NCBI RefSeq assembly: GCF_009914755.1
Contig: NC_060928.1
Source: the human T2T-CHM13v2.0 reference genome, Homo sapiens
Strand: one strand, 5' to 3'
Length of the DNA: 64,000 nucleotides
Shown here: positions 17,181-31,001 of the stretch, in pieces
Layout: every line of letters begins with the position of its first letter
Position numbering within the stretch: the first letter of the stretch is position 1
Program-made: the position numbers and the translations under genes
Notes under the pieces: model-generated
What the model saw: the letters and a program-made list of their open reading frames with translations, nothing else
Told to the model about the DNA's origin: nothing
Database searches by the model: none

Positions 17181-18215
17181 TAACAGGCTTCCAGTATATA
17201 GATCATTAGTGGAGAATAATTACAACTGATGTACACTTTTATGGGGTGAGTTAATTCTGTAACAAACATTTGTTCCAAAATAATTTGTGAAATCTCTCTC
17301 CTGAGAATCAATATCATCAAAACTATGTTCTCTGATTATAATGCAATAAATTTAGATAATAATTAAAAATAGACCGTTGAAAAACTCATAAACTTTAGAA
17401 CCAAAAAGTGTTCACTTCATAACCCTTGGGTTCAAAAGGAAATCAAGGAAAATTATGAAATACTCAGATTGTAGATAGATCTTTTTTTTTTCCTTTTCAT
17501 TCTGCTTTCAAACCACAAATTCATGTGTGGATAGATCTTAAAAACACAATGCTGAAATAAAAAAGTAGTAAGTATGATGAAGACTTCAACAGTGATTGTC
17601 AAAGGATTTGTGGTGAAGGACTAGTTTTATTAAAATTCTAATCAGCCACAGACCAGGTTTTTATAGAATTCAATAAAAATAATTACTAAAAAAATGAAAT
17701 GTTAAAAAGCAATGATATTCAAAATATAGGCCCATATTTTTATTATGAGATTTGAAAGATATAAAATTCTATCTCAGTAAGTATATCAGAACAAATATAA
17801 CATAGGAAAAAGTTTCTCCCTGCTAATTCTCAATTTTTGTACTTAGTGCAGAAAAGTAACAGAAGTTTCGGGACCAGTATTCTAAGTAACACTAACTTAT
17901 AGCATAATGTCATTTGCATAATTTAAAAATACATACACACACAAAAAAACCATGATTTATAAGAATGCATACAAATAAAGAAACAAATATCAAACCTATT
18001 AAGGTGATTGTTTATTAAGGGGAAGATGGAACAAAAAGGAAATGTGAATAAATGAGAATCAATCAATCAACAGAGCAATGAGAATGATGTACTGGGAGTG
18101 TGGTAACAACTTCTGTCTCTGCACGCATACACGCACACACACACACACACATGCACAAACACAAAGAGATAAATGAAACGTAGTCTTTCCCACACTCTTG
18201 GTCTCTTTCACCAAC

Positions 18216-18472
18216 TTATTTATTTATTTATTTTGAGATGGAGTGTCCCTCTGTTGCCCAGGCTGGAGTGTGATCTTGGCTCACTGCAACCTTCGCCTCC
18301 TGGGTTCAAGTGATTCTCTTGCCTCAGCCTCCCAAGTAGCTGGGACTACAGGTGTGCACCACCACGCCCGGCTAATTTTTTGGTATTTTTAGTAGAGACG
18401 GGGTTTCACCATGTTGGCCAGGATGGTCTCGATCTCTTGACTTCATGATCTGCCCGCCTCGGCCTCCCAAAG
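18216..18472 (-). mobile_element. Alu (5' end missing)
   Basis: (TTTA)n tail, GAGATGGAGTG...GGCCTCCCAAAG. Confidence 0.9.
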
Positions 18473-19589
18473 CAGCTTATTATTTTCCATCCACTTTGAC
18501 TCATCTTACTATCTTTAACTTTTTCTCCCTCTTTGAGCTACATCAAAGTGATAAGAAATCAACGGGTACACATATTTCCCACAGGGTTAAATGTGTATTT
18601 TGTTTTCACCCTTTTCATCTGAATAAACTGAAGGTATCTATTATAAATACCTTGGCTAGTTTATACTAATTAGAATCAGAGCAAAAGAATTTTGGATCTT
18701 GGAAAGATTTCAACTATGCTGTCCATACATTTATTTTTTCATTTCTCGCTCACTTTCAACCCACCCACAGGTATGAAACAGAATCTTCACAGGTATATTT
18801 TAAAATCTTGGTATTTGGTCAGGAAGTCATCACCCTCTCTGTTGATTCAAGAACTCTGCTCTGTAGTTGTATGGTTTAAAGTCACAGTATCACTACACCT
18901 GATCTCTTCCTTTGTAGATGCTTCCCTCCATAGGTTTGTCACGGTGTAAGACACTACACATCTGCTTTGCACTTCGCCTCACTACTTTTCAGTGACTAGA
19001 GTTTTTCTGTGTCCGGGAAAATAAAGAGGAGGGCTTAGCAATAGTCACCTGTGATTTGAGCTGTGAAAAAAATATATAATCTGTCTCTGGGAGACCCCAA
19101 ACTCTTTTTTTCACTTAAAAGGTTTTTTTGGTTGATTTCTCAACATAACCCTTTCAATTGCCACTTTATTTGAGGAGACATGATGCAACTGAGTCTAGAA
19201 GGGTTTTTCATGCTTTAGTTCTTACTGTAGGCTTTCAGTGCTCACCGCTGGATATTAATAACTAAACAAGTAGAATTTTGAAATTCTTTTTTTTGTCTCT
19301 GCCTCACTGGGTTGCAAAGTGAACCACAAAATTAATATGTACTCGTTATAACAAGCCAAACAATGCAGAGATATCTAAAGAAAAAGTTAGTAGCCTCTTT
19401 CTACCAATGAATGCTGGATTATTCAACATGCAGATCAAGCTTGTACTCAGGATACCTACAAAAATCAGGAGACTCCTAAATGTTTTTGAAAGAATGCTAT
19501 ATTTGATATTTCAGAAGAAGAATTGGACAAGTGATAATGGGAGACATCAGGAATCTTTAGACTTCCTTATATTTATTTTGTGTTTTAGT

Positions 19590-19890
19590 ATTTTTTTGTT
19601 TTTGAGACAAGGTCTCACTCACTCTGTTGCCCAGGTTGGAGTGCAGCAGCACAATCACGGCTCACTGCAGGCTCAATTCCCCAGGCTCAAGTGATCCTCC
19701 CACCTCAGTTTTCCTGGTAGCTATGACTACGGGTGTGCACCACCATGCCTGGCTAACATTTTTTGGTATTTTTTATGGAGACGGTTTTACCATTTCGCCC
19801 AGGCTGGTCTCAAACTCCTGGGCTCAAGTGATCTTCCCACCTTGGCCTCCCAAGTGCTGAGATTACAAGTGTGAGCCATCATGTCCAGCC
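19590..19890 (-). mobile_element. Alu (AluJ-like)
   Basis: Alu consensus motifs. Confidence 0.9.
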
Positions 19891-20915
19891 ATGTTTTAGA
19901 ATTTTCATGTAATTATATATTGTGGATTGGTTGACAGGAGAACGAGTATGTACAAATAAGGATATATGTCAAGATTATATTTTGTTCATGAAGTATATGT
20001 ATATACAACTTTACATAATTTTTATTTTAGAATTATTCTTACATCTTAAAATTTCACTTATTTTGTAAATATTTCCATATTCATAAAAAGCTATTGTGCT
20101 TATATAATCCTTATATTCTATTTTATTTACTAATAAGCTATCTTGCTTGTCCATTCTTCCACTGTTAAATATTTTCTTAATTTCCTACTAATATGAAATT
20201 TACATCTATATTTTTATTTCTGTATATAACTATTTTCTTTTTTAAAAATGATTTTCTTGGGATAAATCACTAGAGTGATATTGCATGAAAACTCATGAAT
20301 ATTGTATATCTCTTTGTAGCTATGACCAGATTGCTCACACAAAGGATTTTATAGGTTCACAAAGGGTAAACTGTATGCATTCTGGCTTTAGAAGTGGTTT
20401 GGAGGAGGATGAGATGGTAGCAGGAGAGGCTGGATGTAAGAAAGGGAACAGGAAGTGGGTGATTGCCCTTATCCTGGCAAGAGATGTATCTCAACTACAA
20501 TGGTGACAATCGGTATACAGGAAAAAAGTGAATATGATAAATATATAGGAGGTGAATTCAGCAGGCTTGATGAGTAATTGGATATAGGGAGGTAGAAATT
20601 GGATATGGGGAGGAAGATTGGAGGATGAGTCACTGTTTTTTTTGCATTTGAGGACTGGATGGAATAGAACAGGTTTGGGAGAGTGGAGAACACTAAGCAT
20701 ACCATGTACTATATCCCCAAATCCAACACAATGGCTACCACAAGGAAGGCATTCAATAAATGTTAATTGAATAAGTGCTTCATGCATACATGTATATATG
20801 AAGGCTGCAAACAATGAATCAATGTTTCTATTTTCCAAAGCCTCCCACGTCTTCGGTTGTATATCTAGAAGCTGACTTACTGTTTTTATCTCTTCAATAG
20901 GATATCTTAAATTCA

Positions 20916-21267
<352 letters not shown>

Positions 21268-21962
21268 GGAAAGGCAAGAAGAAAGAAAGAAGTGTGAAAA
21301 GAAAGAGAGTGCAAAGCCAAAGCTCAGGACTTCGGAACAACCAGACCCACCTCATAAAATTAGCCAATTACTTCCCACAGTCAGCCTTTTGCTAAGTTAT
21401 GTAGATTTAGCTATTCCTTAGAAAGTTGGCGAATGAACCTGAACTCAGGCTGCTAAAAAGTCAATATCCCTGAATCAGAAGGAAGAGATGGTTCCATTCA
21501 GCTCACCTCATGACTAGTGAGAGATAGGGCAAATAGCTCCCTAAAGCTCTCTGCTCTGAGTTGCAGTCCTTTCAGAGTGACCAGGTCCCACCACAGGTGT
21601 TTGGAGCTAAAAGGTTCTGCTGGGAGACTCCCCAAGCAGCTTTCCTGTCTCCAGCTGCACTTTGGATACTATGCATCTTGGTTGTGTGGCTGTGACTCCT
21701 GCTTAGTGATTATGTTCTTGTATAGAGTATTGTCAGTTTGGGTTGCTGTATTTTCCTGTATTTGTCCTGTATCTCCTAGAGGGCAAAAGCCATAATTGCT
21801 ATTTCCTTTGTAACTCCCAAAGAGTTAGGCATAACATTTAGCATAAAATGAGGACTCAATTACTACTGATGGTTGCCCAATTGTAATTGGTAAATTGGCA
21901 AAAAGTGGTGGTTTTTAATGGTCAATAAAGATACCATGTATCTAGTCTTAGGAAACAAAAGG

Positions 21963-21968
21963 TTTATT
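21963..21968 (-). terminator. gammaA poly(A) signal AATAAA (pA2)
   Basis: TTTATT on + strand ~180 nt past the exon-10 stop, followed by a T-rich downstream element. Confidence 0.8.
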
Positions 21969-22146
21969 GAAATGCATGTAGATAAATTATCATCAGCATA
22001 AAACTGTTATGGAGTTTTCAACATGGGGTCTTTTGCTCTTAAAATGAAGTGAAGCTTTGCAAGTCCATTGTCCAATAGGAAAAATATTATATCTCTCTGT
22101 TCAGATAAAGTCCTTTAAAAAAGTAAATCTCTTTTGAAACGGTCTT

Positions 22147-22161
22147 TTAAACGTCTCCAGC
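22147..22161 (-). CDS. FGG: FGG exon 10 coding part (AGDV*, platelet integrin-binding end)
   Basis: cacag|GCT GGA GAC GTT TAA. Confidence 0.96.
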   Translation of the reverse strand, partial: AGDV

Positions 22162-22302
22162 CTGTGAATATATAACAAAACAAAAACCATATTAAAAAGA
22201 CATAATTTTCTCCATTTAAAAAGAAGAATTAAATAGGAATGATTTAGGGGTAATAAACAAGGAAAATACCTGGGAATTTGAAACTCTAAAATGTTCTCCT
22301 AT

Positions 22303-22407
22303 TTTATTAAGTACATACTAAAATATTTGATATAATGAAAATAATTTACAAAGACAAAATAAATGACAAGTGGTCATAAAAATGCAAATAAAGTCAATCA
22401 TTTTATT
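22303..22407 (-). terminator. Intron-9 AATAAA signals, candidates for gamma-prime polyadenylation (pA1)
   Basis: TTTATT at 22402-22407 and 22303-22308; which is used cannot be told from sequence. Confidence 0.6.
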
Positions 22408-22640
22408 ATTATATATTTAGGAACAAAGTTGAAATGTTATCTCCTCAAATAAACAATTTTTAAATAACTCTGATATCAGTAATTTGGAAATACAGTCCTA
22501 AATGAGTTTTAATTTCCATTGAAGGCTAAATGTCCTTAATAGAAGACTTGAAATCAATAAATATAGTAAGAGAAAAAAGGAAGAAACTTTCAGAGAATTT
22601 CTGAAACTTTGTGGGTCAATAGAAATTAGCAGTTAATTTT

Positions 22641-22898
<258 letters not shown>

Positions 22899-23640
22899 TC
22901 ATTATTCTGGAATCTTTTTACCTCTGCAAGTCTATGAAGAGCTGTCTATTACGAAGTGCATTGCCAGTTACATAAAATTTATAGTATTATCTGCTAACTG
23001 AAAATATCTCCAAAGATTCCTAAAATATCAATTTATAAAATAAACATATTATTAAACAACATCTGTGCTGTGACTCATAGTCACATCCACACTTTAAATT
23101 TATTCACTACTAGTAGGGCTAGAAACCCAAAGTTCCCTAATTGGCCTCTGTCCCTAAGCTTATCCATCCCGGACTCAGCTGCTGTGGACCATCTTTCTTC
23201 AGGCAGGTTAGAAGAGAAGGAGCCACAAAATTCCTGATGAGGTCAACTCAGGTTATTTGAAAGCACAATTTTGTTGGTTGATTGAGGAGCTTTAGGAAAT
23301 GGTTCTGGCATGTTATTTTATGTCTCCATTTTAAAGTGCAGCCTCTGTTGATTTGCCTTCTCCTTGTCCTAGGGAAGCAGATCTCATGTAATTCTGTAAA
23401 AGGCTTGTCAGAGCACAACACTGGCATGAACTACAGCTCTGGCATGGCGCCCCGGGTCACACAGATCAAGCATTTTCCCTTAGAGTTTCTTCTCATTATG
23501 TGGTTTGTGAGTGCAAAGATAAGTTATGTTTCTCCAATTTAAAAATATTGTGAAAATCAAACTGTTACTTTAAATAAACTGTGCAAAGTTTCCTAGTTGG
23601 TGATTGGCTAGGACATCAGGAGGTAAGGTTGCTCATCTTG

Positions 23641-24000
23641 GTAGATGAGGAGACTATGGTTTGCTACAAGCCCGGAGTGGTTTGGAACACTGGTTTCACT
23701 CATCTACCCAGCAGATATGGTAGGGAAGTCCTACTGATGCTAAACAGGTCTGGTCTGACTGTTTGGCTTTCCCAGGGTGGTGTTGCTGTCCTTCTCCAAC
23801 GGAGAGTCTGTTGAGTGGGATTATCTTCATAGTGGTTTTATTCATGGAATACCACTGGGATTTCCAAATAATGCCATTATTGTAACATGGATCCTTTAGC
23901 ATCGGTAAGGCTTCCCCACACATAACTGCTGGGTAGGTGAGTGAAACCAGTGTTCCAAACCATTCCAAGCTTATAGCAAACTATAGCCTCCTCATCCAAC
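23641..24000. repeat. ~105-bp inverted repeat (23641-23744 / 23895-24000) enclosing the pseudoexon
   Basis: Hand alignment: about 14 mismatches and 1 indel; core TGGTTTGGAACACTGGTTTCACTCA is the exact reverse complement of TGAGTGAAACCAGTGTTCCAAACCA. Confidence 0.95.
23749..23888 (-). pseudogene. Pseudoexon: partial degenerate copy of FGG exon 9 in intron 8
   Basis: Translates [42 protein letters not shown]; lacks the true acceptor and exon 5' end. Confidence 0.95.
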
Positions 24001-24476
24001 CCCCATCCTAAAATAAGTGTCTACTGTCCTCAGACTGGTCTCTTCTCTCAAGCTTTCACAAACCCCTGCCCTTACCAGTGCTTGCCTTCTTTTTATTCTG
24101 TTCCTCCAAACACCTGTTCACTGCGTGTATCTGACACAAAGCTCATGGGAAGCCAGGTTAATGTGTCAACAAGCATCCATGTAGTAATGTTAATCCATCC
24201 AGATCATTTATGTTGTATGTCTAAAGGAGATCCCACAACCCACAGTGCCAGCTATGATGGTGATAGTTTCACATATAATGCCAAACTACTGGATATTTTG
24301 CAGCAGGTGGATTTCTTTAGAAGGGCTAATTTTAGGCATGAACTTGGTATTATCCACTTCCAGTTTCAAAGAACTTAGTTGAAATAAAGAACATGATAAA
24401 ATCCCTACTATCTTTATAAATTATTCTTCATTTCTTCATATCTATTTATTATTTTTTATGAAAATAGTATACACTA

Positions 24477-24812
<336 letters not shown>

Positions 24813-26238
24813 TCACATGCTGACCCTCCTCAGGGATCTCAGAAGTTCCCTCTTTCGTAGGATGCTTCCTTGGAATTTTTGACTTTGTTTCTTAAGGCTG
24901 AAATTTGCTCATTGAGTGAAGTTTTTTGCAAATCTGGCAAGAGGCAATAGATATGTGAACCAGTCCACAGCTCATTAACACTTCCCGGGATGGGCCTAGA
25001 AGCCTTTGAAGCATCTCTGAAAACTAATAATTGCACTCACTTGGATGCTTTTTTGCTTGTTTCATTCTAAGATCAAATCCAGATGTGTAGATGACTCTAA
25101 TTTCATATTTTCTACTTTTATTGAAATGTTATGTGTTGCACACACATTATCATAGATCACAGAAAGTATCTGACAGTGAGTGACCCTTAATTATTGCACA
25201 AAACTTGAAGGAGGTACAGTTCCATTAGCCACTCATAGCACCTGAAGGGTTAGGTGCTAAAGGGATTTTCTTCCTCAAATCAGTGTGGTAGTGGCAAGAA
25301 GGAGAGCTTCTGAGGGCATTACACAATCAAAGTCTTCCCTGTGTGGTCCAAAGCATGTGAGCTGAAGGAGTTAGAGAGATTCTTTCCTGGAAAAAATTGT
25401 GCAAGTGGACAACACTTCTATAGAGTGGGGGAAAGGATGGGCCTTAATGAATGAACAGAAATTTCCAGAAAATATTTAGCTTATTTTCTAATCTCCAGTG
25501 GCTGGGAAATGGAAGGTCCTTTCCTAGAAGAAGGTCTACTGACTATAGCACTTTCTGGATTAAAAACCAACCAAGCAATAAAAAAAAGTCCATGTGTTTG
25601 AAGACAATATATTTCACTATTCCTTAAACATAACAAGAGGGTTGGATATTTTTCTGCATTTTAATTAGGTAACAATGCTTAAAACCTTCAAATATCTCAA
25701 GCAAAAAGAAGCCTCTAGATCATCAAAAGAGCTAGCTGGTTTACTTTTAGGGTAGCTCATGATTTGACAGAATAAATGGCCATCAAGGCACTGAGAAGTC
25801 TGAAGAGGCTGTATTTGCTTTTCAACCAGGATAGTTGTTAAGAGGACAGGCTCTAAAGTTAAACTACTTGAGTCTGAATTCTACCTCTACCACTTATCAG
25901 CAATGTGACTTTGAGCAAGTTAATCTATAAAATGGGATTAATAATAATACCTGCTTCATGAAATAGTAATTTAGACTAGATAAAATTATAATTTTATGCT
26001 CAATTCCTGGGACTGATTAAAAGTTCAGTAATTAGCTATTACTCTGAATGGTTCCAGGGTAATTAGATTGTACCAATACACTTAGATTCATCCTGAATAG
26101 AATTTACCTTTTTGGATTGCCCAAGAACCAAACAGACTCCTGGAGAAAATGGTGGCTGGATGTGCTGTTTGCATTTGTCAGGCTGCATTTGCCATTGTCT
26201 ATTGATAGTTGGAAAGTGCACATTCCAGGCAATCTTTA

Positions 26239-26457
<219 letters not shown>

Positions 26458-27436
26458 CTAATTACACATTTGCAAGAGCAAAAGGAGAAAATAGACTATC
26501 AATGCATGTAAAGAGAATGCTGTCAACATTTTGTCAAAAATACAGAGCACTGGTTCTATCAACTCCCAACTAAGTGATCTTGGCCAAGCTACCTCAGTTT
26601 CCTCATGTATCAAATAGGAAAAATGATGGTTACTTCTTAGGGTTGCTGCAAGGATCATGAGAGAGAATATAAGAGAAATACTTAAGAGGGTTTCTGGCAC
26701 ATCATAAATTCTAAATGAGTGGTAATATTAAAAAGACACCTAGACGACTTCAGAACTCTAGCTGGATATTACTGATTCTTACACTTATGATGGAACCCAT
26801 TGCTCAATCGGTGTCTGGCAACTAATGCTTCCACCATTCATTCCCTCTGAGCGCCCCCTGTAGAAACAGTTATAACAGTGGTGGGAGGTAAACAGAAAGT
26901 AAAGGAGCCAAGATTCCTAGTGGGTATCAGCAAGTGGCAGATGCAACACAGGTTCCTTGTCTTGGAGCAGCCCAAGTGTATCCTCTGGTGTGTGAAAGGG
27001 TGGTGATGGTGGTGGGGTGGTGGGGGGTGGTGTTGGGCTTCCTCATCTTGTGATGGGAAACCTCAGGTCTTGACCTACCTGACAAAAGAGTTTCCTTCTT
27101 TTTATTTGTCACTGTGGTACTATGATTATGTGCCACCATGAATCTACAAAGTCAGTGCCAGTACAATATAGAGTCAAGTCACAAACTCTGAAACTATACT
27201 GCCTAGGTTCAAATGCTGACTCTGTTGCTTATTAGTTATGTGGTCTTGGGCAAGTTATTTAACCTTGTGTGCCTCAGTTTCCTTTTCTGTAAATAGGAGT
27301 AACAGAAGTACCTTCCTCTTAGGGCTATTGCAAGGATTAAATGAGCTACGGTTCACAAGGTGCTTAGAAAAGTATCTGCCATATGGCAGAAACAATGTAG
27401 GAATTTATTAAATACACATGGTGGGGAAAAAATTAC

Positions 27437-27570
27437 CTTCTGAAACACAGTCCATCCATTTCCAGACCCATCGATTTCACAGTAGACTAAGAATTGCTGG
27501 TTAGCTTTCAGAGGTTTAATAAAGTAAAGCCCGCTCTGTTTAGCTCCCTTATTGGCAATGTCTTGACAAT
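27437..27570 (-). CDS. FGG: FGG exon 6
   Basis: tctag|ATTGTCAAGAC...CAGAAG|gtaatt; 134 nt. Confidence 0.97.
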
Positions 27571-27873
27571 CTAGAGAAGGAGAATCGACTTTTACTGTGG
27601 TTTGAAATGCAGGTAAGACTGTGCCAGCCTTGAAAAATAGCTTTTAACATGTAGTAAACTATTCATTTTCCAAGAATAATTTTCTTACTTTTCACATCAG
27701 CATTCCTTTTAAACTGTTTTTTTTAGCTATTCAAGAAAGGTCTAGACAACTGAAATTCTTAGACTTAATGGGTAGCCACTTTCTAAACTATTCCTATACT
27801 TTCCAGTACATACTTTCTCCTTTACATTACTTACTTTGATGAACCTAATCCCAATATAACCTTCATCAGTTAC

Positions 27874-28004
27874 CTTTCCCAGTGATATCATGGATTTGCA
27901 CCGTGTCTTTGCAAGGTTCCTGGCACTGTGCTTCAAGCTGGGCTACCTTCTCTTTCAGGTTAACAATCTTTTGATTATTTGAATTATATATTTCCTGCAA
28001 ATAT
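27874..28004 (-). CDS. FGG: FGG exon 5
   Basis: ttgtag|ATATTTGCAGG...GGGAAAG|gtaact; 131 nt. Confidence 0.97.
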
Positions 28005-29610
28005 CTACAAACAGAAACATAAGATAACAAAAATAAGAAGACAAAAATAAGTATTCCTTTCAGAAGAGTAATTTTATATTTTCTTTGGAAACTGCTAAGT
28101 ATTTTCTTAAGAAGTGCTTTCTGATAAATTATTCCATTCTTGAGGAAAATGTAAAATTATATTACTAAATTAACATGAATTAAAATTATAAACTTTTTGA
28201 AAAAGAAAAACAAATCAAAAAATCAATTAAAACAGGAATACAATGTGGACCTGAATCTTTTTACTTAGAATGGGGCATATTGTCTCAACTCCCAACACAA
28301 ATAACAAAGTCCTTGTCAATAAGCAAATGTCATTGACATTTTGCTTTTTACTTTATGCATAAGGGACAGCAGATAGCAACCTGCAAGAGTGGCGAGACTG
28401 GTTAATAGGAACACCCCCTGATGCTTTAGAAGCAGGAAAAGCTCAGTTCAGTAATTCACATGTGCTGAAGGAGTATACCTTTCACTTGTGGATCTACTGA
28501 GGCTATACATATAAGCTTCAATCTAAAATATAACTTACACAGGGACATGATCTGGAACGTTATTGTATGTAAAATAAAACAACAGATACTTCCCCTTTCT
28601 TCTTTAATGCTTCTGGTTACATAGCTTTGGGAATGGACTGGGGGAAGTAAAAACCCTCCTTTTGTAGTTACTTACAGGGTGGCTTGCAAATATCCAAAAA
28701 TGATAGAAAACTGTCTACAATGCATAAACCGTTCTTTCTTTGAAGTAAAAAAGGGTAGACAAACTATTTGTCCACGTTTTCCCTCTACCTTGTCTTAGGC
28801 AATTTCTGTACAATAACCTCCTTCAACTTCAATGATGGACAATAATAATGCAAGTAATAATAATAACAATAATAACAAGGGCCCTCTGATAGCAAAAAGA
28901 GGAGAAATCTTTCCTGGGCCACTTCTCCCTAGCTACTATTTATCTCAATTTCTCAAGCTGCTTTGAGAAAAATTCAGAAAAAAAAATTGGGGAAAAATAT
29001 TAAAACTGTATCTGAGACCTTATGTTCAGAAAGTTTATGAGTCCCTGAGAAGCTTTAACAGAGACATTCACTTCCAAATGAAGGGAAGAGACTATGCAGG
29101 TTCATTCTGCAATGATCAATATGAGCTTTGCAATATTTGCCACACTTAGTCTCTCAAGACATGTTTCTTCCTGCTCCACATTCAATATAATTTACTTTAG
29201 GAGCCAAAATCCTTACTATGCCTCTGCTTGCTAATTTTTTTAACCACCAATTTGTCAGCATTTTTATAAAGAGGATTTTATTTTCAACACCCAAATTCCT
29301 ATGAGATTGATTTTATGTTGTAAGATAAATGGGGGATGGGGAAAAAATTTTTGATAAATATGGTCAAACTAGCATTTGAAGACATCTAGAACATCTTTCT
29401 TCAATGTGATTATTAATAAGCAATTATAACCCAGTATAATTTATATTGCACTAAAAACTTCTATCTCTACTATGCTCAACATAATCAGGCATAATGTCAC
29501 TGGGATATTATAAATGGGGAAAACACATTAAAAATTACTTTCACTCAAGTATAGAATATTAAATAAAAACTAAATCAGTCTTGCAGAGCAAATTAAAACA
29601 AAAATCCTTA

Positions 29611-29718
<108 letters not shown>

Positions 29719-29756
29719 TCAGAGACATAAAAATCCTTAAGCAAATAGAACAACTA

Positions 29757-30026
<270 letters not shown>

Positions 30027-30197
30027 TTAAAAATGTAGACAGATGCTACTCTTAAAATCTATTAAGAAAAATAGGTAAAACCTAGACTATGTTTTTAAAA
30101 AGTTACAAGTGCCAGATGATATTTATGAGGGAATTATTTCTATTCCTCTGCCCCTCTCCAGTTCACACACAAAGGGAGAAACATAAAAACTACTTAC

Positions 30198-30242
30198 GAA
30201 TCTTTCATCTAAGATGCAGCAGTTGTCTCTGGTAGCAACATA
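30198..30242 (-). CDS. FGG: FGG exon 2 (YVATRDNCCILDERF)
   Basis: tttag|TATGTT...AGATTC|gtaagt; 45 nt. Confidence 0.97.
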
Positions 30243-30290
30243 CTAAAAGAGAAAAAATACAGAAATTTCACTAGTTTATTATCTGTTTTA

Positions 30291-30452
<162 letters not shown>

Positions 30453-30486
30453 TCAGCACTGTCACCTCTCAGGCTCCAATTGTCCC

Positions 30487-31001
30487 TTTATGTAAGCTCC
30501 TGGGATAGCCAGGACTGCAAATGGCTGGAGCTGATCACGGGGCCTCCTTACCAGAAGGGTGGGCAGGTCTTTCCCGTTCCTTTTTCCTCATCCTGGCCCC
30601 CAACCTATACTGTCAGGTTCCCAGATTTTGCACACAGGTTGAAGCTCCTCCTTTTTGGCCCAGCTCAAGGTTTTTTCTCTGATCCAAAATTATCTGCAAA
30701 GGCTAGTGAAGCATTATCCATTGCTGTGAGGAGGAGGGCAGTCCTGGAGGCTGTGTGATGCAACTTCTTCCAGTACATGGCTGAGAGCAAACAGATATGA
30801 CCTCGAACTAAGCAAACCTAGTCTATCCTTAAGATGGGTCCTGCTGCCATCACCTGAATTACCAAAAGAACTTTCTTAGCTTAGGGATCAGTTAACACTA
30901 TTATTTTAGCCTAGGGATCAGTTAACATTATTATTTTTAATCTGTGGCTGTGGCAGGAGGAGACTGACTTCCCCCATGTCCCAGTTCACTATTCCCAGGA
31001 A
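30487..31001 (-). promoter_or_regulatory. FGG promoter: TATA-like, USF/MLTF-like site, IL-6 response elements
   Basis: TACATAAA 30494-30487; GCCCCGTGATC ~30542-30533; CTGGGAA at 30624-30618 and within TTCCCAGGAA 30992-31001. Confidence 0.75.
30876..30935. repeat. 30-bp direct tandem duplication upstream of FGG
   Basis: TTAGCTTAGGGATCAGTTAACACTATTATT / TTAGCCTAGGGATCAGTTAACATTATTATT, 28/30 identical. Confidence 0.92.

Noticed and set aside
23696-23968. 90-aa ORF with fibrinogen-gamma similarity as a new gene
   Set aside because: It is the intronic pseudoexon plus inverted-repeat arms; no proper acceptor or promoter.
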